Assembly (NCBI GenBank): GCA_028534125.1
Contig: CM052817.1
Span: 80,230,001 to 80,293,784 of the forward strand
DNA: 63,784 nt
Source of the DNA: Lama glama
Taxonomy: Eukaryota
Reading direction: 5' to 3'
Part shown: one piece after another, positions 13,096-25,330 of the stretch
Position numbering within the stretch: the first letter of the stretch is position 1
Layout of the letters: every line of letters starts with the position of its first letter
Program-made: the position numbers and the translations under genes
Notes under the pieces: generated by a model
The model's input: the letters and a program-made list of their open reading frames with translations, nothing else
Databases searched by the model: none
Told to the model about the DNA's origin: nothing

Positions 13096-13571
13096 ATATA
13101 TATAAAGATATAGATATATGATTGAAGTATAGTCAGCTTACAATGTTGTGTCAATTTCTGGTGTACAGCACAACACTTCAGTCATATAGGAACATACCTA
13201 TATTCGTTTACATATTCTTTTTCAGCAGAAGTTACTACAAGGTATTGGATATAGTTCCCTGTGCTAAACTTGTTATTTATCTATTTTATGTATATTAGTT
13301 AGTATCTGCAAATCTTGAACTCCCAATTTATCCCTTCCCACTCCCCCCCGCCCCACCCCCGGTAGCCGGTAGCCGTAAGTTTGTTCTCCATTTCTTTGAG
13401 TCTGTTTCTGTTTTGTAAATAAGTTTGTCTTTTTTTCTAGATTTCACATATAAAGTGAGTGATATCATATGTTTTCCTTTCTCTTTCTGGCTTACTTCAT
13501 TCAGAATGATATTCTCCAGGTCCATCCATGTTGCTGCAAATGGGCATTATTTTATTATTTTTATGGCCAGT
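13000..13571 (-). mobile_element. Young camelid L1, 5'-truncated 3' end, with TSD
   Basis: ORF 13328..13525(-) begins MDLENIILNEVSQKEK, the ORF2 C-terminus. Direct repeat AGTATCCTTGATTTTTTT at 12982-12999 and 13572-13589. Confidence 0.92.
13065..13104. repeat. Interrupted (TA)n microsatellite in the L1 tail
   Basis: Read directly. Confidence 0.9.
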
Positions 13572-16500
13572 AGTATCCTTGATTTTTTTCTGAAGCATCT
13601 AAAAGTTATGTACTTTGCTTTCCACTTTCCACACTTTCTCTTTTTAGACATAAAAAATTAAGATGAAACAGAGTATGCAAGGTGGATCTATCTTCACTCC
13701 CTGTTTGGCCCTCATTTTCCAACTTGTTTATTCTTGAAAATCATAACATTTCCTGCAGAATTGATGAGCTAGATGTGCCAGGGCTTACAGAGCTTTAGAC
13801 CAGATTACGAAGATAAAGGTTCAGTTTAAATAGTATTGTGTTAACAAGGTCATAATTATGGGATATTTCCTTTGGTGACTAGTGATTTTCATCTCTTCCA
13901 AACTCACAGAATTTATCAGCTCTGCCCAGCTATTTCAGTTTTGTCTTGATTGTTGCAAGTGCTGGTCAAGGGAATGTGGATGGATCCCTTCAAATTAATC
14001 ACTCCTGTTGAGGAAACAATCCATTACATTTGAATTTCTACAGTGAGTCATTAACGTAATGCGCGTATCTAAAGTTCTGCCTGTACCTTCTGATATTTTC
14101 TGTCTTCCATTTATCCACATAACTTCTCAGATAAACTCTCAAACAAAAGAGATAATAATAATTAAGGGCTTGTAATGAAGAAAGTGTACTAGTGATATCA
14201 TTTTATCCAGTACTATTTACCAATAAAACTGTTAATTATTATTAGCCATCCTTTCAGTTTATGTACACATAAATTATTTTTCTTACTGTGTGTGCTGCCA
14301 TCATGTATATATGACCTAAACCTGGCCCTCAGGCGAGACTAAGTCTTGGTGAGTGAGGATTGTTACTGCTGTCAAATTCAAGACACTCTGTTCTCAAACC
14401 TTCTAGTCTAAATAGACATTGTAATTGAGTCATATTCAACAGCCTTTTTTTGTTTCCTTGGAGCATGAACTTTTTCCTTCTAAGTTCTTAAAAGATGAAT
14501 GTATTCAAGGCTGATTGTTTACAAACGTTTTATTTTAAACTGGCTTTGTCACTCCCAGAGATACCATCACCTCGTCTCTTTCACTTTTGAACCAGGAGCC
14601 AGTGTACTGTCTCAGTTTCCTACTTGTTTTTTTTATTTGTTTTTGTTGTTTTGTTGCCTCATGTTCAGACATCACTCTATATTTCCAATCTGTGTATCTA
14701 AAACTTACTTGTTTCAGTGTTTAAGGTAATATTTAGATAATCAGGTAAATATTTCCTCAAGATACGCTGACGGGAAAGAGCTAGATTTGCTCTAGGATAC
14801 ATATACTTGTTTTAAGTATGCTTCTCAGGGCATAGTACTGCTGCTTCTCATGTTTAATGCGGTAGTAACTAATGGAGGAAAATACCAGAAATAAAGATTT
14901 CTAATGTTGTATATTGATAAACTATTCTTTCTATACATAGGACTGTCTCCTTGCATTTATATTAATCTCCTTCAATGAATATAGTATGAAGCTATTATTT
15001 TGGGCTTGTCATCTTTTTTTGTTGGATAATGTATTCGATTGTGGGTAGTGTTTTGAAATCTACCTCTAGTCTTCATCCAGATGTGTTCATAATACATGCA
15101 TTGTCAATTAAAATCTGCTTTGTGTTCCTCAGTTTAAAACTATTTTTCCTATTGTTTTATCATGTGTATTTTTCTTTCTGAAAATTGACCTCTTTATTTT
15201 TTTATTTTATTTTTTGCGGGAAAATCTTTTGTCAGAGAAACTTTTTCAGAAGGCAGTTGCCTTGGAAAAATCCATTTTACTTGAGTTTAAAAATGGAAAA
15301 CTGACATTTTTAATTACAAAAGATGTTTGAAATAGCTAAAATACAACTATTACTATATTACATGTTCATATATATAGAGGCTAGAGGATAATATTCAAAG
15401 AAAAAAATGTTTAATTCTTCTTTCTTTTTCCATAATTTTATTTAACATGTAATCTTTTTCAACTTAAAAGTAAAGAGGTGTTACCAGATGTTTGCCTGTT
15501 TAACTTTAGAGAGAACTTGGTTTGGTTTATTATATAGACATGTAATCAGTGTAGCACTTTTATTCATTGTACAAGTACTTATCAGTTCTTGATGATTTGT
15601 AATATTTTCTAGGAAATTTTCAATTAATATTAACATCTCATATCAATTTTGTTGTAATATTGAGAATGTTTAGCCATGAAGACAATAAGGCCTTAAACAC
15701 CTGAAAACAGTTGGTGTCCTTGTCAATAAAATAATATGTTCTTACTGAACTTCTGCATATCCTGATGTTTAGTGCATCCTTTTGTGAATGTGAGTTTTAA
15801 GAGGAAATTTTATCATTAAAATGTTCATTTTTTAAGTGATATTATAATGATACAAGATAGTGAACTTGGGCCAGAAACATTACAAATGATTTGCTCTATA
15901 AGCACGTTAATTAATTAGAATCTAACGTCAAGTATTATACTTCTTTTAACAGAAATTTCTTTGCAAAGAAAAGGTAACATAAAATTCAGAAATTATGATT
16001 TCCCATGGGTTTTGTTGTTGTTGTTGTTTGTGTTTTTTGTTTGTTTGTTGTGATTCTAAAACAAGACTACTGTTTTGTCTTAAGAGACACATTACTTTTC
16101 CATGAGGTTTTACCATTACCACTTTTACCTATGGCATATGAATAAGGTCTATTCTTAGTTACATGCTCTGTTCCAGATGTCTTTGCATAAACTGTGTTTG
16201 GAAAGACTATATTTGTATAGTATATATTTGTAGGAAGCAGTGTCATCGGTGGGTTAGCTTTGAACTTTTTTAAAAAAATAGCACACTGCTTTTTCTAGAC
16301 AGACAGAAAAATGAGGAGTCTTGGTTAGATGAAGCTTCCCTTGGGACTGAGCATCTTCAGTAGAAGAAACTAGACTCCTAGGTAGAAAAGTGATATCAAT
16401 TATTTTCCAAGTTTTTTCCCTTAATATTAATCTGTCGTTCTTTTTTTTGAGAAATAAACTTGAAAACTGATTTACAGAGATGATTGAGACCATTTGCCAT

Positions 16501-16719
16501 GAAATTCTTCATGTATCCCATCTTTAACCATTAGCATAACTCTGCCCTGTTAATTACTTGCTCCTTCTTTCCTCTACTCTTGAGATGAACATGTTCTCCC
16601 TAAAGTGAACTGTTCTACTTGGTTTCTGTATCTCAATTTTTAAAATTTTCAGCTCTCTAGTTCCTTCTGACTGTACAATTTTATTAAAAGTGAACATGTG
16701 CAGGTCACCAATGATTACT

Positions 16720-17290
16720 GAACAAAATTTAATGACTTCTTAAGAGGGTTCTTGTCTTGAATTCTACAAATGTGACCCTGCTGACTACCCTCATCTTCTT
16801 GAAACTCTGTACCCCATTAGCTCCAGTGACACTACAGTGTCACTGTTAACTCTTTGCCCACTACTCCTTTTATATTTCAGTTGAATTTATCAATAACTTA
16901 ATGTGGCATAAGAATGGGACAAAAGTATGAATCCAGTCAGGCACCCAGTTTTGTTTTTAACTCAAAATGCATTTCAATTTCGTTTTACTTTTCTGTTCTC
17001 ATTGCTTTCATTCTGGTTCACTTCTTTCCTTGGTTTACTATGGTTGTCTCTTAACCAGTTTCTCTGCCTTCAGGCTCTTCTTCCTCTGTTTCATCTTTGT
17101 TCTATTTCAGAGTGCTCTTCCTAAAGGAATGTCTTTAACCAGGTTATTGTGCTGCATTACCTGGTTATTATACTGCTTTACCAGGTTATCATACTGCTAA
17201 GGAACCTTCAGTGGCTCCCAGTTGTACGCCTCAAGTCTAGCTCTTCATTCTGGCTTTTTTAGTTTCAAAACTTGGGCCCCAACTTCTCAC
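16720..17290 (+). mobile_element. L2 fragments
   Basis: 'ctgctgactaccctcatcttcttgaaactct' and 'aaccttcagtggctccca' are L2 landmarks. Confidence 0.6.
17135..17197. repeat. 3 x 21-bp tandem repeat
   Basis: ttaaccaggttattgtgctgc / attacctggttattatactgc / tttaccaggttatcatactgc. Confidence 0.9.
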
Positions 17291-17753
17291 TGTTTTCTGT
17301 TCTCAACATTTATCCATTTGTTATGGCAACTAAGTCTCCTGGTGTCATGTGTTGTGCACATTCTATGTTCATTATTTTCTCCAAGCTTTTGCTTGTTTTG
17401 TCTCTTTTTCATTTGTCTAACACCATCCTTATTATTTTTTCTCAACTGTCTCTGTCTTCACCTTTTTCATTAAGTTTTATAAAACTAATTTGCCCCTACC
17501 AATCTCTTTCTCCAGCTTGCTTCTCTTTAGTACCATTTAATTTAGCTCTTGATTTTCTCTTAATAGTTTATTCTTTTCCAGATTTTTCCTATCCATCTAA
17601 TAACTTACAAGTATTTGAGGTCAGAGAGATGAAATCATTTTTGGTTAAGTGTCAAGTAATAGATATTCCACAAATATTTGCCCATTGAGTGAAAATAAGG
17701 CACAGAGGTTAAATATTTAAATCTCTTTAGTTTTCAGTAAGAAATTGAAACCA

Positions 17754-17910
17754 GGGGGAGGGTATAGCTCAGTGGTAGACCACATGCTTAGCGTGCACAA
17801 AGTCCTGAGTTCAATCCCCAGCACCTCCACTAAAAAAATAAAGAAATAGATAAAAATAAACCTAATTGCCTCCTCCCCTAAAATAAAAAAAAATTTCATA
17901 AAAATACTTT
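17754..17910 (+). mobile_element. Camelid tRNA-Ala-derived SINE (Vic-1 type) with 15-bp TSD
   Basis: tRNA-Ala-like head with A box TAGCTCAGTGG and B box GAGTTCAATCC, tail 'aataaacctaattgcc', and TSD AAGAAATTGAAACCA at 17739-17753 and 17911-17925. Confidence 0.93.
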
Positions 17911-17995
17911 AAGAAATTGAAACCAATTTCTGAGTAAAAAGAGTTTTAAAAATCAGTCTTATCAAATCAATTTCTATCATTTTAAAACTTTTACA

Positions 17996-18011
17996 TCAGC
18001 AGGGGGCAGTC
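17996..18011 (+). promoter_or_regulatory. Candidate CTCF site
   Basis: TCAGCAGGGGGCAGTC closely matches the CTCF core CCASYAGRKGGCRS; motif match only. Confidence 0.4.
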
Positions 18012-19814
18012 AAACCAAAGTTCATTCTCCTGTCCTATGGAAAATTAAAATTTATCTCTGTAAGACTTACTTCTGCTTGGGATACTAGCTGCACTTTATA
18101 ATCTATTTGTAAATAAAGTTTAAAACTCTTCAGTAGTAGGTTTGTAGAATTGTATTAATTTTTTAAATCCATAGAAGGTAAAGAAGTTTTTTGTGTGTGA
18201 AAAAAATTGCAGACTTTTTCAGAACATGAAATGGTTTGTTTGGTGTTTTTTGATGAGTAGCCACTTTAAATAGAAGTTTATTTTCAGTGCCTCTGAATCA
18301 AGATTTCAATTAAATTAACTTGTTAATAGGCTGCTTTTCATTCAATAAAATACTAACTTTTTAAGAATATTTTTGTTTTCTCCCCAAACTTGAAAAAAAT
18401 GAATTTTTATTAGAGACTGTAGCATAACACTAACTAAAACATAGTTTAGCAAATTTTTAAAGTTTGAATTTTTCTTCCTAAACCTTTCCTCTGACCGGCT
18501 GCAAACAAGTAGTGATTTATGTTTATAGAGGTGTTCATTTTCACCCCCTCCTCTTGGAGGTTAACCTAGTACTTATTTAGAGAGAAACACAGTTCATACT
18601 AAATAGTGTTTAACATATACTGATGGTATTACTGTATTTCCTGTTTTGTATGCACAATAAGAAGATTCTGAAAAATTGCCTTTGTGTAAATACTTCACTG
18701 ACATTCCAGACAAGTATGATCTTGTCTGCTGGTAGACAGGAAAGAGTGATGTCCTGGAATGCTGTTACAGAAGGAAGTCTCTTTGTGTTCCACAAATGAT
18801 ACCCCTAAACCTTTTAAGAATATAATTTAAAAATGACAACTCTGTATTTGCTTTTCCTTCCGTTTATTAACTTTGTATGCCTTTAGTTCAGAAATGCATT
18901 TAGTAGGAAAAAAATCCATTGTATCTGAGAAACAAGCATCTTCCGGGTAATTTGCTGGAAATTGTTGGTAGAAACTTCAGAGGGTAAACATAAAAACAGA
19001 TTTAGTGAATAATTACTTTTTTTCCCATAGCTTCAAACTTTTTTGATATTTAAATCAAGCTTTTGATAATTTTCTGCAGGCATAAATGATGCAGGGTTTC
19101 CTACTCCTTTCTAAATTTCTAACAAGGAAATAAAATGGATATTGTTTTTGAAACACAGGTTATATCTTTTTAAAGTTAGATTTTGAGTTTTTATGTTATT
19201 TTATTTAATGTGAGTCATTAAGATATATAAAAATCAGTTGTGTAACTAACTTTGAGTATCCTAATGAATGGATTTTCTTATACTTAATTATGATAGATGA
19301 GAATTCAATTAAAATTGTTCTGAAATTTTTTTAAGTGATTGAAAAAAATAGCCATGGTTAAACCTTTAAATAATTGCCAAACAGCAGAGACTAACCTATG
19401 TCTAGTTTCTAGATAAGTGGTTCTTTTTCTTTTTTCTCATTATTCCTATTATTAACATGGGAAATAACCTAATTACTTACAGTGGCTCTTTACTTCAGTC
19501 CTCAGTCACTCTAAAACCCAACAAAATAGAGAATAACTTGCAAGAACTTCCAAATGTATACAAAGTTTAAAATGCTTATCAACCAGTTTCAAACTATAGA
19601 AAAGTATCATATGCTTTTTATGATCAGATAATTTTTACATTATTGATGTATATGTCATCTTATATCTTTTGTTTAAATGTTTGCTTTAAAATATGTTGAT
19701 ATTATTCTTTGTGTGTATCCCTTTCCATAAATCTGCTGCGATGAATTCTGAAATACTGAGGCTACTGTGTCTTCAATTAAGAGTCTTTTAGAGGGAGTAA
19801 TTTAACACAGTGGA

Positions 19815-20170
19815 GCCACTAACTGATATGGTGGTTTGATGATGTCAGAAAATTGGATTCCTTCTGTCTTGATGCTGTACCATCCCTTAAACCACATGGT
19901 AAAAAACCTCACTGTTAACATCAGTTGGGTTCTCATTCAGGTGGAGAAGAATAAGGAGATGAGGTATTAGCTCACTCCCTCACTTTAAGGACATAGCCCA
20001 TAAATTACATGTATCATTTACATCCACTGATCTTAGCTACAAGCCCTTATTCAGCTACAAGAAAGGCTACAAAATAAATATATATTCTGTATTGAATGAC
20101 TGAGTGCACAGCTCAAATAGAGGGGGTTTGTTACTAAAGAAAAAAGAGAAAAACTGAAAATCTCAGCCAT
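19815..20170 (-). mobile_element. MLT1J-like ERVL-MaLR LTR fragment
   Basis: 'gattccttctgtcttgatgctgtaccatcc...ctttaaggaca...cagctacaagaaaggct...ttactaaagaaaaaagagaa'. Confidence 0.7.
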
Positions 20171-20179
20171 TATCTGTTA

Positions 20180-20520
20180 GCTTTATTCGCTGTCATCATT
20201 CACTTCTCCCTTTTAAAACATTCTCTTACTTCATTTTACATGACACAATAACCTCCTGTTTTTACTTCTATTTCTGTCCCCTCTTGACTCCTTTACAAAT
20301 TTTTCTCCTCTGCCTAGCCATAAAATATTACAGTTTATGAAGGCTGGGTATTCAGACCCCTCCTCTTTCTTCTCTGTCCATGTGTGTCAGCCACATCCTT
20401 GGCTTCAGGTATATATGTAATTACACCTGATTCAGCTCAGACATTTGCTCTGACTTCTTCAATAAACTGCCTATTTAGATATCTCAAAGGCAATTCAAAT
20501 TCAGCATATCCTAAATTTAA
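20180..20520 (+). mobile_element. L2 internal fragment
   Basis: 'catgacacaataacctcctgtttttacttct...aactgcctatttagatatctcaaaggcaattcaaattcagcatatcc'. Confidence 0.7.
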
Positions 20521-20539
20521 GTTTTGCTCTGAGTATTTT

Positions 20540-20660
20540 AATCATTTAATCTTCTTAACTTTATGAAGTCAAGTCAGTTACCATACCCCATCCTGTTGCT
20601 GAGAATCTGAGATACAGACAGGTTAAGAAACTTGACCAATGTTGCAGAGCTAGAAACTGG
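20540..20660 (-). mobile_element. MIR
   Basis: 'ctgagatacagacaggttaagaaacttgaccaatgttgcagagctag'. Confidence 0.7.
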
Positions 20661-21675
20661 TATATAGTTCTGTCAGTTTTGACAGATGTGCAGAATCATG
20701 TAACTACTACTGCAATTACAATAGAAAACAAGTATTCACTCCAGAAAATTCCTTCATGCTGCCGCTTTGTAGTTAAACCCTCTTTCTACCACTAACTGTC
20801 CTGCCTCTATTGGCAGCTAGTGATCTGTCCCTATAATTACCATATGTCGTATAAATGAAATTATATTGCATGTAATCTGCATGGCTTTTTAAAAACTTTT
20901 TGAACTTTATCTCTGTTGCATATATCAGTAGCTTGTTCCTGTTATAACACTTGGTGGTATTCCACAGTATGGATGCATTACAGGTTATCCATACACTGGT
21001 TGAAGGACAGTTTAGATTGCTTCCCGTTTTCACTATGAATATGCTGCTATAAACATTCATGGTCAGATTTTTGTGTGGACATAAGTTTTCATATCTCTAG
21101 GATAATTACTAGGGTGGGACTACTGAATCATAGAGTAACTAACGTATGCTTAACTTTGTAAGAAACTGCCATATTCATGCCCATATCATGCATCCCTGCC
21201 AGCAACATATGAGATGATGGTGCTCTGCATTCTTGCTGGCACTTGGTATTGTCATTTTTTTTTTAATGTTAACCATTCTAATGGGTGTGTAGTGTTATCT
21301 TATTGTGGTTTTAATTTGCAATTTCTCTAATGACTAATGATACTGAGCATCTTTTCATGTGCTCATTTGTCATTAGAATTTTTTTTTGTTTTGGAGAAGT
21401 GTTTTAAATTCTTCTTGAGCTATTTATACTTTTTTAATTGGGTTATTTATTTTCTTTTACTCTTTCTAGTTTGATTAAAAATCCGTTGCCAGGTATATTG
21501 CAAATATCTTCTAGTCTGTAGCTTATCTTTTCTTTCTCTTAACAGTGTATTTCACAGAATGGAAGTTTTTAATCTTGAAAAAGTCCAGTGTCTTTTTTTT
21601 GGTTTTCAGGGTCTTTTTTTTTTCCCCCAGAGTTTTTTGGATCAATTCTTGGCGTAACCCAAGGTCATGAATAAT
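20661..21675 (-). mobile_element. Old L1 (L1MC/L1MD-like), 3' part
   Basis: Antisense 3'UTR 'gttttgacagatgtgcagaatcatgtaactactac' and ORF2 end 'tgctgctataaacattc', 'gttttaatttgcaatttctctaatgactaatgatactgagcatcttttcatg'. Confidence 0.85.
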
Positions 21676-21684
21676 TAAAAAAAA

Positions 21685-23075
21685 TTTTTTTTGTGGTAAA
21701 AAACAACAGTAGGGAGGGTATAGCTCAAGTGGTAGAGTGCATGCTTAGCATGCACGAAGTCCTTTTTTCAATCCCCAGTACCACCTCTAAAAATAAACCT
21801 GATTGCCTTCCCCTGGCAAAACAAAAACAAAAACAAAAACAAAAACAAAAACAAAAAAACCACACAACATAAAATATACTATCTTAGCCATTTCTGAGTG
21901 TACAGTTCATGAGTGTTAAGTTTATTCATTATTGTGCAACCAATCTCCAGAAATTTTTTCATCTTGAAGAAGTTAAACTCTATCCCCATGAAATAACAAC
22001 TCCCCAGTGTACCCTCTACCCAGTCCTGGCAACCATCATTCTGCTTTCTGTTTCTATGAATTTGACAACTCTAGATACTTCATATAAGTGGAAGTATGTG
22101 TCTTTTTCTGACTGACTTATTTCGTTTAACATACTGTCTTCATGATTCATCCATGTTGTAGCATGTATTAGAATTTCTTTCCTTTTTAAAAGGCTGAGTA
22201 ATAGTCTGTTATGTGTATACTACGTTTTGCTTATCTGTTCATTTGTCAGTGGATGCTTGGGTTATTGCTACCTCTTAGCTATTGTGAATAATGCTGCTAA
22301 GAACACGAATATGCAAATACTTATTTGAGATCCCACTTTTTTTTTGATATATACTCAGAAGTAGAATTATTGGATCAGATGGTAGGTCTATTTTTAATCT
22401 TTTGAGGAACTACCATACTGGTTTCCCCAGTGGCTGCACCTTTTTACATTCCTATCAACAGTGTACAAGAGTTCCAATGTCTCCATGACCTTGCTGACAC
22501 TTGTCATTTTCTGGATTTTGTTGTCATTGTTGTTTTTAATAGTAGCCATCCTGATAGGTGTGAGGTTTTGATTTGCATTTTCCTAATGATTAGTGATGTT
22601 GAGCCTTTTGTATGCCATCTTTGGAGAAATATCTAATTTCTTTGCCCCTTTTTTTTTTAATTTGATTTTTTGTTTTTGTGAAGTTGTAAGATTTCTTTAC
22701 ATATTCTGGATATTAGCCCCTTATCTGATATGTTATTTGCAAGTATTTTCTGCCATTCTGTAGTTTGCCTTTTTACTTTGTTGATTTTGTCCCTTGATTC
22801 ACAGAAGTTTTTAATTTTAATGTAGTCCAATTTGTCTGTTTTTACTTTGTTGACTATGTTTTTGGTGTCATTCCAGGAAATCCTTGCAAAATCCAATGCC
22901 ATGAAACTTTTCCCTTTTGCTTTCTTCTAAGAGTTTTATAGTTTTGGACCTTATGTTTAGGTGTTTGATCTATTTTGACTTAATTTTTGCATATGATGTA
23001 AGTTAAGGCTCCAACTTCATTGTTTTGCATGTGATACCTAGTTTTGCCAACATCATTTGTTGGAAAGACTTCTCT
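21685..23075 (-). mobile_element. L1MB-type element inserted into the older L1
   Basis: 3'UTR 'tgtgcaaccaatctccagaaatttttcatcttg'; ORF 22657..22902(-) KTDKLDYIKIKNFCESRDKINKVKRQTTEWQKILAN is L1 ORF2. Confidence 0.88.
21709..21862 (+). mobile_element. Camelid Vic-1-type SINE with (CAAAAA)n tail inside L1MB
   Basis: 'gggagggtatagctcaagtggtagagtgcatgcttagcatgcacg...aataaacctgattgcc'. Confidence 0.92.
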
Positions 23076-25330
23076 TTTGCAAAAGTTTTGCAGTTTTACA
23101 TTTCATAGTTGTATCTATAATCCATTTTTGACATTTTGTATCTAGTGTGAGTTTTAGGTTGAAGTCTATTTTTACATGTGAATGCAAAATTACCCCAGGA
23201 CCATTTGTCAGAAAGTCGATTCTTTCTCCATTGGATTGTCTGTACACCTTGGTCAAATATCAGTTGACCATATTTGTGCAGATCATTTCTGTCTGTCCTT
23301 TCACCAAACCACACTGTATTAATGATCACGACTTTAGAGTAGGACCTTAAATGAGGTAATTTGTGTACAACTTAGTTCTTCATTTTCAAAATTTGCTTTA
23401 GCTGTTGTATTTCCTTGGCTTTTACATATAAAGTATCATCTCAGGTTGTCATTATCTTTGAAAAATCCTTTTGGGAGTTTGCTTAGGATTGTTTCTAATC
23501 TACAGAAAAATTAGGGGAGAATTTAGAACTTAACAATATTGAATCCCCAGTCATGAACATTGTCTACCCATTTATTCAGATGTTTTGTTCCTGATCTCAA
23601 TGAGAAAACATTTAGTGTTTCACTCATCAGTAAGTATGATGGTAGCTTAGGTCTTTTTGTAGATGCCTTTTAACAAATTGAGAAAGTTCCCTTCTCTTCC
23701 TAGTGTTCTTGCATCTATCAATATTATCGTGGGATTTTTTCTTTTTAGACTGTTAAAATCTTGGATTACATTGACTTTGACATGTTCAACCAGTCTTGGA
23801 TTCATTCCCAAGATAAATCCGACTTAGTCATGTTGTATTATTCTTTTTATATATTACAACATTCAGCCTGCTAATATTTTGTTAAGATTTTTTTTCTATT
23901 AATGTCCATGATGAATATTTGTGTATAATTGTCTTATACTTTCTCTGGTCTTGTATCAGAGTAATACTCAATAAAATGAGTTGAGAATTATTCTCTTCTT
24001 CTAGTTAGTAGAAGAGATTATTTAGAATTAATACTTCTTCCTTACATATTTGGTAGAATTCTCCACTGTTACCTTCTGGGTCTAGAGTTTTCTTTGTGCA
24101 GTTTATTTTTGTTTTACTATGAATTCGGTACATTTAATAGATAATCGATGACTCTAGTTATCTATTTCTCCCTGGGAAAGTTTTCTAAGTTTGTGTATTT
24201 CAAAGAATTCTGTTCATTTCACCTAGAATGTCAAATATTTACCCTTAGAGTTGTTCACTGTTTTCTCTTATTCTTTAGTGTTTTGGGGAGGGTTTGAATA
24301 AAATCTTCACTTTCCTTCCTGATACTAGCAAGTTGTGTCTTCTCTCTTTTTTCCCTTGTCAGTCTTAGTAGAGGTTTATCAATTTTATTGATGTTTTCAA
24401 AGACCCAGGTTGTGGATTCATTGAATTTTCTTTACTGCTTTTTTGTTTTCTATTTAGTTGAACTCCCTTCCATCCTTCCTTCCTTCCTTTTGGGTGTTGT
24501 TGGCTCTTGCTCTTGTTTCATATGGTGGAAACTTTGATTATTGATTTGAAATCATTCTTCAGATACTATAGATTCTCTTTGAAGCACTGCATTAGCTGCA
24601 TTTCACAATTTTTTTTAATATTTTTATTCAACTCTATTATTTTCTAATTTCTCTTCTAAGACTTCCTGTTTGATGATGGATTATTTAGAAGTGTATTGCT
24701 TTATTTCCAAATATTTGGGTAATTTCTAAATATCTTAATGTTTTTCACTATTAGTTAATTGTTATGGTTAGAGACATGCATTCTTTGTATGATTTCAATT
24801 CTTTTAAATTTTATAGATTTGTTTCATGTTCCAGGTTGCTGTCTTACCTTATTGAATGTTCCATGTAATTTTTAAAAGAATGTAGATTGCTATTGTTGGG
24901 ATGTCTTTTTCTATTCTTTTACTTTTATCATATCCATTATTTTATTTCATTTCAGTTTCATATAGATAACATTTAGTTAGGTCTTACTATACACTCTGAG
25001 AATCTCGAGTTTTTTTTATTAATGTGTTTATACCATTTGCATTTATTGTAACTGTTAATGTGTTGGGGTTTAGTTCTGTGATAATTTGCTTTTCTGATAA
25101 TTTGTTTTTCATTCCTCTATTTTCTTTTTTCTGCCTTCTTTTGAATTATTGGAATATTTTTCAGTACTCCCTTTTAATTCATATGTTGCATTTATTATTG
25201 TTTTTCTTTGTATGCTTTTTAAAATTAGTTTCCCCAGTGATTACAATATTCACACTTCACTTTTAAGTCTACTTAGGGTTAATATTTTATCACTTAAAAT
25301 GAAGTGTGAAAACATTACAGACATCTAGGT
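23076..25330 (-). mobile_element. Old L1 ORF2 continuation
   Basis: ORF 23096..23329(-) contains KYGQLIFDQG...NRLSDKWSW; antisense landmarks 'ttgagaaagttcccttc' and 'tttggtagaattctcca'. Confidence 0.82.

Noticed and set aside
17135..17197. CRISPR-like short repeat array
   Set aside because: The units are contiguous with no spacers, the context is mammalian, and there are no cas genes
16927..17688. Overlapping hydrophobic ORFs up to 138 aa
   Set aside because: F/L/S bias comes from pyrimidine-rich, partly L2-derived sequence; no homology or exon signals
17757..17830. tRNA-Ala(AGC)-like gene (also at about 21712 and 37830-37900)
   Set aside because: A-rich tails, TSDs and stem mismatches show these are SINE heads, not tRNA genes
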